NCBI GenBank assembly: GCA_028291565.1
Contig: JAQGHT010000082.1
Span: 1 to 48,768 of the forward strand
Source: Planctomycetaceae bacterium
GTDB taxonomy: Bacteria; Planctomycetota; Planctomycetia; Planctomycetales; Planctomycetaceae
Length of the DNA stretch: 48,768 nt
Direction: 5' to 3'
Each line of letters starts with the position of its first letter. The stretch's first letter is position 1. The notes below the pieces were generated by a model, which had not been told where the DNA came from, made no database searches, and saw only the letters and a list, made by a program, of their open reading frames with translations. The translations under genes were made by a program, and so were the position numbers. Shown in pieces: positions 37,455 to 45,323 of the stretch.

Positions 37455-37517
37455 TATTATCGCTCACGATTCCCGTTGATATTCACAGGGAAACTCCAGG
37501 GGGCAAGGCGGAAAAAA
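37455..37517. repeat. Copy A of a conserved intergenic module: TATTATCGC-N22-CAGGGAAA-N2-CCAGGGG-N8-GAAAAAA
   Basis: Identical block order and identical spacing to 39842-39904 (constant offset of 2387 nt). 41 of 63 positions are identical, and the identities are concentrated in four blocks. Confidence 0.4.
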
Positions 37518-37580
37518 CCAAGTGCATGCCGTGTCTGTGTGCCCATCCGTTTACCTGCGCCTTGGATGTCCGCAATTGTT

Positions 37581-37631
37581 AGAAAAAGCGAGGTTGAATG
37601 AGCCGAGCACGGAGCCGACGGCGATTCAACC
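37581..37631 (-). terminator. Rho-independent terminator candidate after the NarL-type regulator gene
   Basis: On the minus strand: GGTTGAAT-C-GCCG...CGGC-TC-ATTCAACC (arms at 37592-37599 and 37624-37631), followed by TCGCTTTTTCT. Confidence 0.5.
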
Positions 37632-37655
37632 CCCTGGTTAAACGAAAAAATCTGG

Positions 37656-38309
37656 TCAAGTGTCGGGAGCCACAATCCCCTTACGGATCGCATAACGTGT
37701 CAGGCTGGCGATGTCGTGGATGTCAAGCACTTTCATCAACTCCCCGCGGTAGGTCTCAGCGGTTTTGACACCGATGCTGAGTTCTTTGGCGATCTCCTTG
37801 GTCGATCGACCTTCCGCAATCAGTTGCAGCACCTCGCGCTGACGGGGCGATAGTCGCTCCAGTGACGTCTGCTCTTTATCCATCCGCCCGATGCAAGCGG
37901 TAACGACATGTTGCGAAATCGCCGAACTGAGAAATATCTCGCCTCTGCCGACAGCCCGAATCGCCTGTTCCAATTCGGCCGGATCGGCGGTCTTTACAAG
38001 GTATCCCGCCGCACCAGCGCGCAGCGTCTGCAACACACTGTCCTCGTCCGCGTTCATCGATAGCATGATCACCCGAGTGGTGCGGCTGATTCGAGCAACC
38101 CGCGCGGCTGCATCCAATCCATTGAGGCCCGGCATCATGATATCCATCAACACGACGTCCGGCATGTGTGCCTCGATCAGCCTCAGTCCATCGCGGCCAT
38201 CGCACGCTTCGGCGACGACTTCGACACCGATGACAGCCTGCAGCAGCGAACGAATGCCAGCCCGAAAGAGGTTATGGTCGTCTACAAGTACGACTCGAAT
38301 TGCAGGCAT
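37656..38309 (-). CDS. NarL/FixJ (LuxR-type HTH) response regulator
   Basis: IRVVLVDDHNLFRAGI, DVVLMDIMMPGLNG, a conserved Lys (GYLVK), and the C-terminal LSPRQREVLQLIAEGRSTKEIAKELSIGVKTAETYR. ATG 38309 sits 5 nt after the upstream stop. Confidence 0.9.
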   Translation of the reverse strand: MPAIRVVLVDDHNLFRAGIRSLLQAVIGVEVVAEACDGRDGLRLIEAHMPDVVLMDIMMPGLNGLDAAARVARISRTTRVIMLSMNADEDSVLQTLRAGAAGYLVKTADPAELEQAIRAVGRGEIFLSSAISQHVVTACIGRMDKEQTSLERLSPRQREVLQLIAEGRSTKEIAKELSIGVKTAETYRGELMKVLDIHDIASLTRYAIRKGIVAPDT

Positions 38310-38314
38310 GACAA

Positions 38315-39373
38315 TTAATCCTCCATTTTCTCCGACAGTTCGATGGCTCCGCTCAACGGGAAAGACGTACGAACCTGGGTACCAACCCCCAGTACTGATT
38401 CTACGTACAGTACTCCTCCGAGCAGTTGAACACGCTCCGCCATTCCCAACAAGCCAAGGCACCCGCGCCTGACTGCCTGCTCCTGTACGAGAGCCATATC
38501 AAAGCCTCTTCCGTCATCGCGGACAATCAGCTCCAGGGCTTCATCGCTTTGGCGCAATTCGATCCAGACTTGCCGCGCAGCGGCGTGCCGGACCACGTTG
38601 GTTAACGCCTCTTGCGCCACACGAAAGCAAGCGATCTCCACATTGGGAGAGCGCATTTCCGAGGAAATGTGGCCCGAGACCTGGACCACCCACCCATTCC
38701 GATACCGATGCTTCTCGGCGAGCCAGTTCAGAGTTGCTTCCAGACCGTGCGTGTCAAGCATCGTCGGTCGCAACTCAAGCGACAGGTTACGCACCTGTTC
38801 CCCTGCATCCCTCAAGAGTTTGGCGCATTCGTCTAAACCCGAGTGAGCGGACTCCCCGGCCAGACCACGCGCGGCGTGGAGGTGCAACGTGATGGTGGCC
38901 AGAATCTGACCAAACTCGTCGTGCAATTCGCGGGCCAAATGCCGCCGCTCTTCTTCTTGAACTTCGACTAATCGCCTTGAAAGTGCTTGCATTCTGGCAG
39001 CATATTGCTCCAAAGCGTGCTCTGCTGGTGGACGCTGTTGCGCTTCCCGTTCCACCTCACACAGCTTGGTGAGAACATGTAAAAAGCCACTGGATTGGGA
39101 CAGAACTTGTTGTTCCCACGGTTGTTTGGCGGTGTCGAAGACGACGGGAATGGATTCAATGGCTGGCTCGGCTCGCAATCGGCGAACAAACTCTCCCCCA
39201 TCCATGGTTGACATCTCGAAGTCAGCGATGATCAGATCGGGTAGCTCGGCTACGGCGACAGCAATCCCCTCGACTCCGTCAGTTGCATTGAGCAGGCGAT
39301 GGCCCCAGTTTTCAAGAAGAGTTACCAGATACTGTTGGTTGGCAGGTTGAGCATTGATGATCAATATCGTCAT
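38315..39373 (-). CDS. Receiver-domain-fused HisKA_3 histidine kinase (REC - DHp - HATPase_c), with an atypical receiver
   Basis: REC-like MTILIINAQP...DLIIADFEM...VVFDTA...LTK, then DHp EEERRHLARELHDEFGQILATITLHLH and HATPase motifs EALTNVVRHA, DDGRGFD, GLLGMAERV. Start is ATG 39373 or TTG 39406. Confidence 0.85.
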   Translation of the reverse strand: MTILIINAQPANQQYLVTLLENWGHRLLNATDGVEGIAVAVAELPDLIIADFEMSTMDGGEFVRRLRAEPAIESIPVVFDTAKQPWEQQVLSQSSGFLHVLTKLCEVEREAQQRPPAEHALEQYAARMQALSRRLVEVQEEERRHLARELHDEFGQILATITLHLHAARGLAGESAHSGLDECAKLLRDAGEQVRNLSLELRPTMLDTHGLEATLNWLAEKHRYRNGWVVQVSGHISSEMRSPNVEIACFRVAQEALTNVVRHAAARQVWIELRQSDEALELIVRDDGRGFDMALVQEQAVRRGCLGLLGMAERVQLLGGVLYVESVLGVGTQVRTSFPLSGAIELSEKMED

Positions 39374-39630
39374 CCTAACCCGTTCGTTTTCCACTTTCAC
39401 AGTCAAGTCTTGTCCTCGGTCAGAACGACCTCTTATTCAATGCGACGTAGGATGAATCGAAGCAGTTGGCGTTGTCCCAGCGAGAGGTTCCGCTGAGTTC
39501 GCCGAACCGACCATTGGATCTGGGTATCAAACCAGCCATACGGCTCTCACGCTGCGGAGCGAGAAATTCGCCACTACGCCTTTAAATTGGTGGGGTATTG
39601 CTAACTTGGCGGGATATGAATCGGTGGGGT

Positions 39631-39647
39631 TTGCGATCGGATCGCAA
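39631..39647. promoter_or_regulatory. 17-bp perfect palindrome TTGCGATC-G-GATCGCAA upstream of the REC-kinase/regulator operon
   Basis: The palindrome was read directly. It lies about 260 nt upstream of ATG 39373, and GGTGGGGT(A)TTGC occurs as a direct repeat at 39589-39602 and 39623-39635. Confidence 0.3.
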
Positions 39648-39841
39648 TGTCAAGCAAGACTTCTCGAAATCCGAACTATGTGATTGATAATTAACGAATC
39701 ATTATACCGCGCTAACCTTGGCTATGCCGGTCGAACCATTGTCCTGATCAGGGAATTTGAGCTTCTGATCGGCAGGTCCAAGGTTACACCGCTCTAGCCA
39801 AAAGTGCAGAGACGGCTAAGTGCAGCGGCGTCCTATGAACT

Positions 39842-39904
39842 TATTATCGCACTGAATCGTAGTCTCTGCATACAGGGAAATACCAGGGGTGAGAGCAGAA
39901 AAAA
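39842..39904. repeat. Copy B of the conserved intergenic module (see 37455-37517)
   Basis: TATTATCGC-N22-CAGGGAAA-TA-CCAGGGG-N8-GAAAAAA, located immediately 3' of the MEDS kinase stop (39929). A third CAGGGGG follows at 39906-39912. Confidence 0.4.
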
Positions 39905-39928
39905 ACAGGGGGTCCGCGAAAAACCGTG

Positions 39929-42082
39929 TCACTCCTCGGCGTCTGCAGATTCCTGCCTGGCGTTGTTTATGGGGAAAGACGCACATATGTGGGTGTGACT
40001 TCCCGGTTCGGATTCAACGACCAGGCTACCACCTAGAATCTGGACACGCTCTGCCATCCCCAGCAGACCGAGACCTCCGCGTCTAGTGGACTGCCCCTGC
40101 GTGCGAATCACATCAAATCCCACGCCATCATCGCGAACGACCAACTTCAGAATGCTCTCGCTCTGACTCAATTCGATCCATACATTACTTGCTGCGGCGT
40201 GGCGCATTACGTTGGTCAGCGCTTCCTGCACCACACGGAAGCAAGCAATCGCCAATTTGGGAGCAAGTGGTTCCAGTGGCAGGTGGCCCACGATATGTAC
40301 AGCACAGCCCCCCCTCTGCTGGTGCTGCTCAGCGAGCCAGCGCAGCGAGGTTTCCAGCCCGAAGCTGTCGAGCATAGTTGGACGCAGTTCGAGCGCCAGG
40401 CTGCGCACCTGCTTCCCAGCTTCCCGCAGGAGCGAGGAGCATTCGTTCAAGTGGGGAACCGCGTCCGGCCCGGCTAGGCCCCGTGCCGCATGGAGGTGCA
40501 AAGTTATGGTCGCCAGAATCTGGCCGAACTCGTCATGTAATTCGCGGGCCAAGTGGCGACGCTCTTCCTCCTGGACTTCGAGCAGCCGGTGCGAAAGGGT
40601 TTGTAAGCGATCCGCAGATTCACGCAGGGCTTCCTCGGCCCGCTTGCGTTCGGTGATATCCCGGTGAGCGCAGAGATGAAGGCCAGGCAGAATGTTGGCG
40701 ACCGAGCGGAATTCAACCTCCCGGGTCGTGCCACTTTTACACAATACCGTGATCTCGCCGCTCAGCGATCCGTCAGAGAGTAAAAGCTCCAACAATTGAT
40801 GGATACGCTGGCGCGTCTCGACTGGAGTGACATCCCAAATCGTCAACTGGACGAGTTCGTCCCGACTGTAACCCAGTAGCTTGCAGGCCGCCGGATTTCC
40901 CTCCACGTACCGGCCGCTTTGATCAAAAAGAAATATTGGGTCAAGGGCATTTTCAAAGATGGCGTGGGAGCGCCGTCGGTTTTCCTCAAGCATCTCTTCT
41001 ACGCGCCTGAGTCCCGTGACGTCCTGAGCCGTTCCAACCAGGCGAATCGGCTCGCCTTGCTCGTTCAGAATGACTCCACCGCGGTCGTGCAATACACGAG
41101 TGCTGCCGTCTGCAAGGGTGATTCGGTAGTCACAACTGAAATTGCGGCGATCGCGAATTGCCTCCTCTACCGTTGCGCGAATCCGCTCGACATCGTCCGG
41201 CACGAGGAATTTCAGGAACTGCCGGTAGGAGAGGTCAACCTCGTCCGCTTTGGCGCCAAAAATGCGGTAGAGTTCGTCGGACCATGTGACCTCATTGGTA
41301 CGTAAATCCCGTTCCCAACTGCCGATGTGCGCGACTTGCTGTGCCTCGGCGAATCGACGTTCGCTTTGCTTGAGCTTTTCGAGGGCATGTTCCCGCTCCT
41401 GCTCGGCTGTGCTCGCCCGTTTCAACTGTGAAATCCACCAGTCTACTCGCCGCTTCTTGAATTCGGGGGTCGTTCCGGCGTGGTCTTGCATCAATAATAT
41501 TTCTGGACTTTCGTAATAGGGGTTGAGAAAAACCTGGTCATCTAGGATCACGAGAGGGTGGGTTCGAATGACGTCATGAATGCACGGCGAGTCAAAGCGA
41601 GATTTATTGTACTGGCATAAGACCACCGACTTGCTGCTTTTGAGCAAGTGATTAAAGAGCGCCTCGTATTCGATCAACCGATCGCAAATGGAATCCGCTT
41701 GTAATGCCCAAGTCATTTCGCCCACCAAGCGCAATCCGGAAAAACCGGCGGCGAGTGCCTCGACCTCCGCCTCATGGACAAAGTCCGTCATCACTTGGGG
41801 AACAAAGTTCCCAGTCCGGAGGTAAGTGTCCTGGCTGGTTTGTAAACGCAAGGCGCCACGAAGGAGTTCTTGATCCACATTCACACCAGCCGCTGAAAGG
41901 GTCTCAGCAACTTCTTTGATTGTATGTTCGTCCGCAATATAGAGACAGCGCGCTTTTTGATTGATCCCTTCTTTGATGAACTGTACCGCCGCGTCTAATT
42001 GCTCGTCCGCATTTTCGTAGATCGAGCAGATATGATCGCCGTATTTCAGTTTGGAGAGTTCTTGCTCCAGATTGGTTGACAT
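39929..42082 (-). CDS. MEDS-domain / PAS / PAS / HisKA_3 sensor histidine kinase (cytoplasmic)
   Basis: The N-terminus YGDHICSIYENADEQLDAAVQFIKEGINQKARCLYIADEH..MTWAL is the MEDS pattern. Two PAS domains follow, then DHp EEERRHLARELHDEFGQILATITLHLH and HATPase EALTNVMRHA, DDGVGFD, GLLGMAERV. Confidence 0.85.
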   Translation of the reverse strand: MSTNLEQELSKLKYGDHICSIYENADEQLDAAVQFIKEGINQKARCLYIADEHTIKEVAETLSAAGVNVDQELLRGALRLQTSQDTYLRTGNFVPQVMTDFVHEAEVEALAAGFSGLRLVGEMTWALQADSICDRLIEYEALFNHLLKSSKSVVLCQYNKSRFDSPCIHDVIRTHPLVILDDQVFLNPYYESPEILLMQDHAGTTPEFKKRRVDWWISQLKRASTAEQEREHALEKLKQSERRFAEAQQVAHIGSWERDLRTNEVTWSDELYRIFGAKADEVDLSYRQFLKFLVPDDVERIRATVEEAIRDRRNFSCDYRITLADGSTRVLHDRGGVILNEQGEPIRLVGTAQDVTGLRRVEEMLEENRRRSHAIFENALDPIFLFDQSGRYVEGNPAACKLLGYSRDELVQLTIWDVTPVETRQRIHQLLELLLSDGSLSGEITVLCKSGTTREVEFRSVANILPGLHLCAHRDITERKRAEEALRESADRLQTLSHRLLEVQEEERRHLARELHDEFGQILATITLHLHAARGLAGPDAVPHLNECSSLLREAGKQVRSLALELRPTMLDSFGLETSLRWLAEQHQQRGGCAVHIVGHLPLEPLAPKLAIACFRVVQEALTNVMRHAAASNVWIELSQSESILKLVVRDDGVGFDVIRTQGQSTRRGGLGLLGMAERVQILGGSLVVESEPGSHTHICASFPINNARQESADAEE

Positions 42083-42587
42083 GATCGTGCTTTCGGCAAT
42101 TCGGAGACACGCCGTCAGTGCTGGCAGGAGCTCATTCGAGGGAGTTCACCAGGGCGACAAGGCAATAGCAAACCTGCCTGAACAACGGCATCGGATGCAA
42201 ATGTTGTGCCGATCGCCCCCGTAGCAGAATTTGAACTCTCCCATTCGGTTCCGTTGCGAACGAACCGATCGATCGCGTGAGGGGAATAGTCTGCCTCTCC
42301 GCCTCAAAATCTGTATGAACATTATTCAGCTCCGTATTCACGAATCATATCGGGATGTGTTTCCTGGATTCGACTTTCGCCAGTATGGAAATTGAGGGAT
42401 TTAACTGCAACCGCTGGCTAGGGCGGCAAGAGTTACGATGATCGAACAACCACACAGTACGGTAACATGCGTCGGTCCGGCACACCGAAGTGAATCGGCA
42501 GTTAAATCATAGGTGCGCGTGCCGATTCCAATCGTGCCATCACCCTCTTGCTTCTCAACTCGTAGGACCTGTGCACCACCAGGCCGA

Positions 42588-42614
42588 TTCCTAGGCGACT
42601 GCCTCAAATCCTGC
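42588..42614 (+). promoter_or_regulatory. Copy 2 of the 27-nt conserved motif, about 160 nt upstream of the sigma-54 promoter (UAS-like position)
   Basis: 25/27 identical to 33653-33679 and contains the short palindrome AGGC-GACT-GCCT. A degenerate relative, CTGCCTCtccGCCTCAAAATCTG, lies at 42290-42313. Confidence 0.4.
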
Positions 42615-42773
42615 TAATTGGCCTTCCGCGATGTCCAGTCCGCGGATTGATGTTTTTGAAATTCTTTCCCGTCTCTTGAGGTTTTCTTTTCGTGACGGAA
42701 CCGCTGAGTCCGAAACAGATTGCGACAGCCGGTTCGTCCGTCGATTCCGCCGCAAATTCTTTCCTCTTTTTTT

Positions 42774-42789
42774 TGGCACATGTCTTGCC
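42774..42789 (+). promoter_or_regulatory. Sigma-54 (-24/-12) promoter
   Basis: TGGCAC-ATGTC-TTGCC is a perfect match to TGGCAC-N5-TTGCW, is preceded by a T-rich tract, and has its -12 GC 73 nt upstream of ATG 42861. Confidence 0.7.
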
Positions 42790-42860
42790 TTGACGCTAAT
42801 AGAGAGAGTCCCCGAGTAGGCGTTCCCGAATCGTTCACGAATTCGTCGAGGAGAAATTCC

Positions 42861-44039
42861 ATGTCCGACAGTAACCGCCGAGACTTCCTCGCTGGGGCGG
42901 CTCTGTTCGCAGCCGCCACTACAGCGATGTTGGCAAACCGAACGACTGAAGCCGGTGACCCGAGCTTTATGAACAATGTTCCTGATCCTGCGCTTGCCGG
43001 CAAAGAGTTACCCACTTTCAAGTTCGCCCTGGAAAAGTCGGAAGGCAAGGTGATTGGTAAGAGCTTTGGCAAAGAGGCCACCGTCGAGCAATTACCGATT
43101 TCAAAGGGCATCGCGGGGGTTTCGATGAAGCTGGAACCAGGTGCCATGCGCGAATTGCATTGGCATGCGACTGCAGCCGAATGGGCATTCGTGGTCGAAG
43201 GGCGAGTCCGAACGACCGTCATCGACCCTGACGGGAACGCAGAAACGAATGATTTCGGACCAGGGGATGTGTGGTTGTTTCCACGCGGCCACGGCCACAT
43301 GCTCGAATGCCTGAGACACGAGCCGGCGCATTTCATTCTGATCTTCGATAACGGCTACTTCTCGGAATTCGGCACATTCAGCATCAGCGATTGGATCGGC
43401 CACACGCCGAAGCCGCTGTTGGCGAAGAACTTTGGCATTCCCGAATCGGCCTTTGATGGATTTCCCAAGGACGAAGTGTACTTCGCTCGCGGCGCCGTAC
43501 CACCTGAGAAGCAAAGTACTCCGCTCCAGGGCCGGAAGTTGCCGGCGCAGACACACAAGTTCGAACTCCTTGAACAACCGCCCCATAAGGTCTTCAAAGG
43601 AGGCCGTGAGTGGCGGGTCGATTCCAGGCGGTTCCCGATTTCGAAGACGATCACAGGCGTGATTTTGGACCTTGAGCCAGGCGGGCTGCGCGAACTGCAT
43701 TGGCATCCGAATGCCGACGAGTGGCAATACGTGATCGAGGGGAACGTCAGTGTGACAATGTTTGGCTCACACGGCCGGTACCGAACTGAAACGATGGAAA
43801 AGGGAGACGTCGGTTACATCCCGCAAGGCTATGGGCACTCGATCGAGAATATTGGGAACAAACAGTGCCGGATTCTCATCGGATTCAACTCAGGTGTGTA
43901 CGAGGCGATCGATCTGTCGCAATGGTTCGCCGGAAATCCGGTCGATGTGCTGGCCACCAACTTCAGCAAGCCTGCGTCGTTGTTTGAGAGGTTTCCCAAG
44001 CAAGATGTGTTCATTTCACCCCAAGGAGAACCGCAATAG
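42861..44039 (+). CDS. Tat-exported bicupin oxalate decarboxylase (OxdC/OxdD-like)
   Basis: Twin-arginine leader MSDSNRRDFLAGAALFAAA. Cupin 1 is ELHWHATAAEWAFVVEG...FPRGHGH and cupin 2 is ELHWHPNADEWQYVIEG...IPQGYGHSIEN. The lid FSEFGTF retains the Glu of the OxdC SENS lid. GAGGAG RBS. Confidence 0.85.
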   Translation: MSDSNRRDFLAGAALFAAATTAMLANRTTEAGDPSFMNNVPDPALAGKELPTFKFALEKSEGKVIGKSFGKEATVEQLPISKGIAGVSMKLEPGAMRELHWHATAAEWAFVVEGRVRTTVIDPDGNAETNDFGPGDVWLFPRGHGHMLECLRHEPAHFILIFDNGYFSEFGTFSISDWIGHTPKPLLAKNFGIPESAFDGFPKDEVYFARGAVPPEKQSTPLQGRKLPAQTHKFELLEQPPHKVFKGGREWRVDSRRFPISKTITGVILDLEPGGLRELHWHPNADEWQYVIEGNVSVTMFGSHGRYRTETMEKGDVGYIPQGYGHSIENIGNKQCRILIGFNSGVYEAIDLSQWFAGNPVDVLATNFSKPASLFERFPKQDVFISPQGEPQ

Positions 44040-44144
44040 CAAGTCTTCTCGCGATGACTTTGTGCGTCTGGTGCGGTCGGGCGGGGCAATTCGCCCCAAA
44101 TTCCCGATTGATCCGATCTCTGCTCGTAGTTTACGGAGCAAAAC

Positions 44145-45323
44145 ATGCAGCCTGAAAATCACGAATCCAGTTTCATTAGACGACTTTTGCTGATCGTCTT
44201 CGTTAGTCTAAACGTACTGGATTTGCTCTTCACATCTCACTTTGCGCCGAATGTGAGTCGAGCCGAAGAATCGCCACGTTCGAAGTCGGTCGCGGAAACT
44301 TCTAATGAACGCTCCGCGTCAAAAGTCGATGATTTGCTCAAAGAAGCGCAACGTCACTTCAAGCCACTCCCTAAGGATCTGGCGACTCAGGAATTCCCAA
44401 TTAATCCGGACCTAGTAACTCTGGGCCGCAAGTTATTCTTCGACCCGCGAATTTCCGCGGATGGAACAGTCAGTTGTTCGCGGTGTCATCAAGCTGCTCT
44501 GTACGGCACCGATGGGCTCGCAAAGTCACACGGAGCGCACGACAAGGTGCTTCCCCGCAATGCCCCAACCGTATTCAATGCCAGTTTGCATTTCAAGCAA
44601 CACTGGCGGGGCGAATTGCAGTCTGTCGAGGAGCAGGCGAAACGGTCGCTGGTGGGACCAGGATTTGCCAATCCAGACTACGTCACGGCAATGACCAAAT
44701 TGAAGGCGATCCCCGGATACTCCGAGATGTTCCTGAAGTGCTTCCCAGGCTCGGCCAATTCAGTAACCGAAGACAACTGGGGCAAGGCGATCGGTGCGTA
44801 TGAGCGAACGCTGGTCACGCCATCTCGATTCGACGAGTTCCTCAATGGAACTACCAATGCCCTCACAAGTGCGGAACAACAGGGACTACGTACTTTTATT
44901 GGCACGGGTTGTGCCCTGTGCCACAACGGAGCTGGAATCGGGGGTGATAAATTCAGGAAGTTCGGCGTGCTGGAAGACTACTGGCCTGCGACTCACAGTA
45001 AGGACGTCGACAAAGGCCGATTCGATCTGACGAAAAATCTGGACGATCTCTACCTGTTTAAAGTCCCGGGCCTCCGCAATGTCGAGACGACGCCACCGTA
45101 TTTCCATGACGGCTCGGTTACCAGGTTACCGGATGACGTCCGAATAATGGCTCGGGTGCAACTCGACGTGACCCTGTCCGAGCGCGACACGACAGCGATC
45201 GTGACATTCCTGAAGAGCCTGACAGGTAAGCGTCCGCAGGACTTCACCGACGCACCGATTCTCCCGGCCGCCGGATTCGACTCATCGGTCACTAGTACTG
45301 AGGACCAACATGCTACTCGCTGA
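44145..45323 (+). CDS. Di-haem cytochrome c peroxidase (CCP/MauG family)
   Basis: N-terminal signal/anchor, haem motifs CSRCH and CALCH, and the conserved PPYFHDGS region. Confidence 0.85.
   Translation: MQPENHESSFIRRLLLIVFVSLNVLDLLFTSHFAPNVSRAEESPRSKSVAETSNERSASKVDDLLKEAQRHFKPLPKDLATQEFPINPDLVTLGRKLFFDPRISADGTVSCSRCHQAALYGTDGLAKSHGAHDKVLPRNAPTVFNASLHFKQHWRGELQSVEEQAKRSLVGPGFANPDYVTAMTKLKAIPGYSEMFLKCFPGSANSVTEDNWGKAIGAYERTLVTPSRFDEFLNGTTNALTSAEQQGLRTFIGTGCALCHNGAGIGGDKFRKFGVLEDYWPATHSKDVDKGRFDLTKNLDDLYLFKVPGLRNVETTPPYFHDGSVTRLPDDVRIMARVQLDVTLSERDTTAIVTFLKSLTGKRPQDFTDAPILPAAGFDSSVTSTEDQHATR

Noticed and set aside
42614-43336. 240-aa minus-strand ORF overlapping the 5' part of the oxalate decarboxylase gene and its promoter.
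   Set aside because: It is antisense to a gene with unmistakable bicupin motifs. It is low complexity and has no start context or domain.
44083-44097. Small hairpin GGGGC-AATTC-GCCCC between the decarboxylase and peroxidase genes.
   Set aside because: It has a 5-bp stem and no T-tract. It is too weak to call as a terminator or attenuator.
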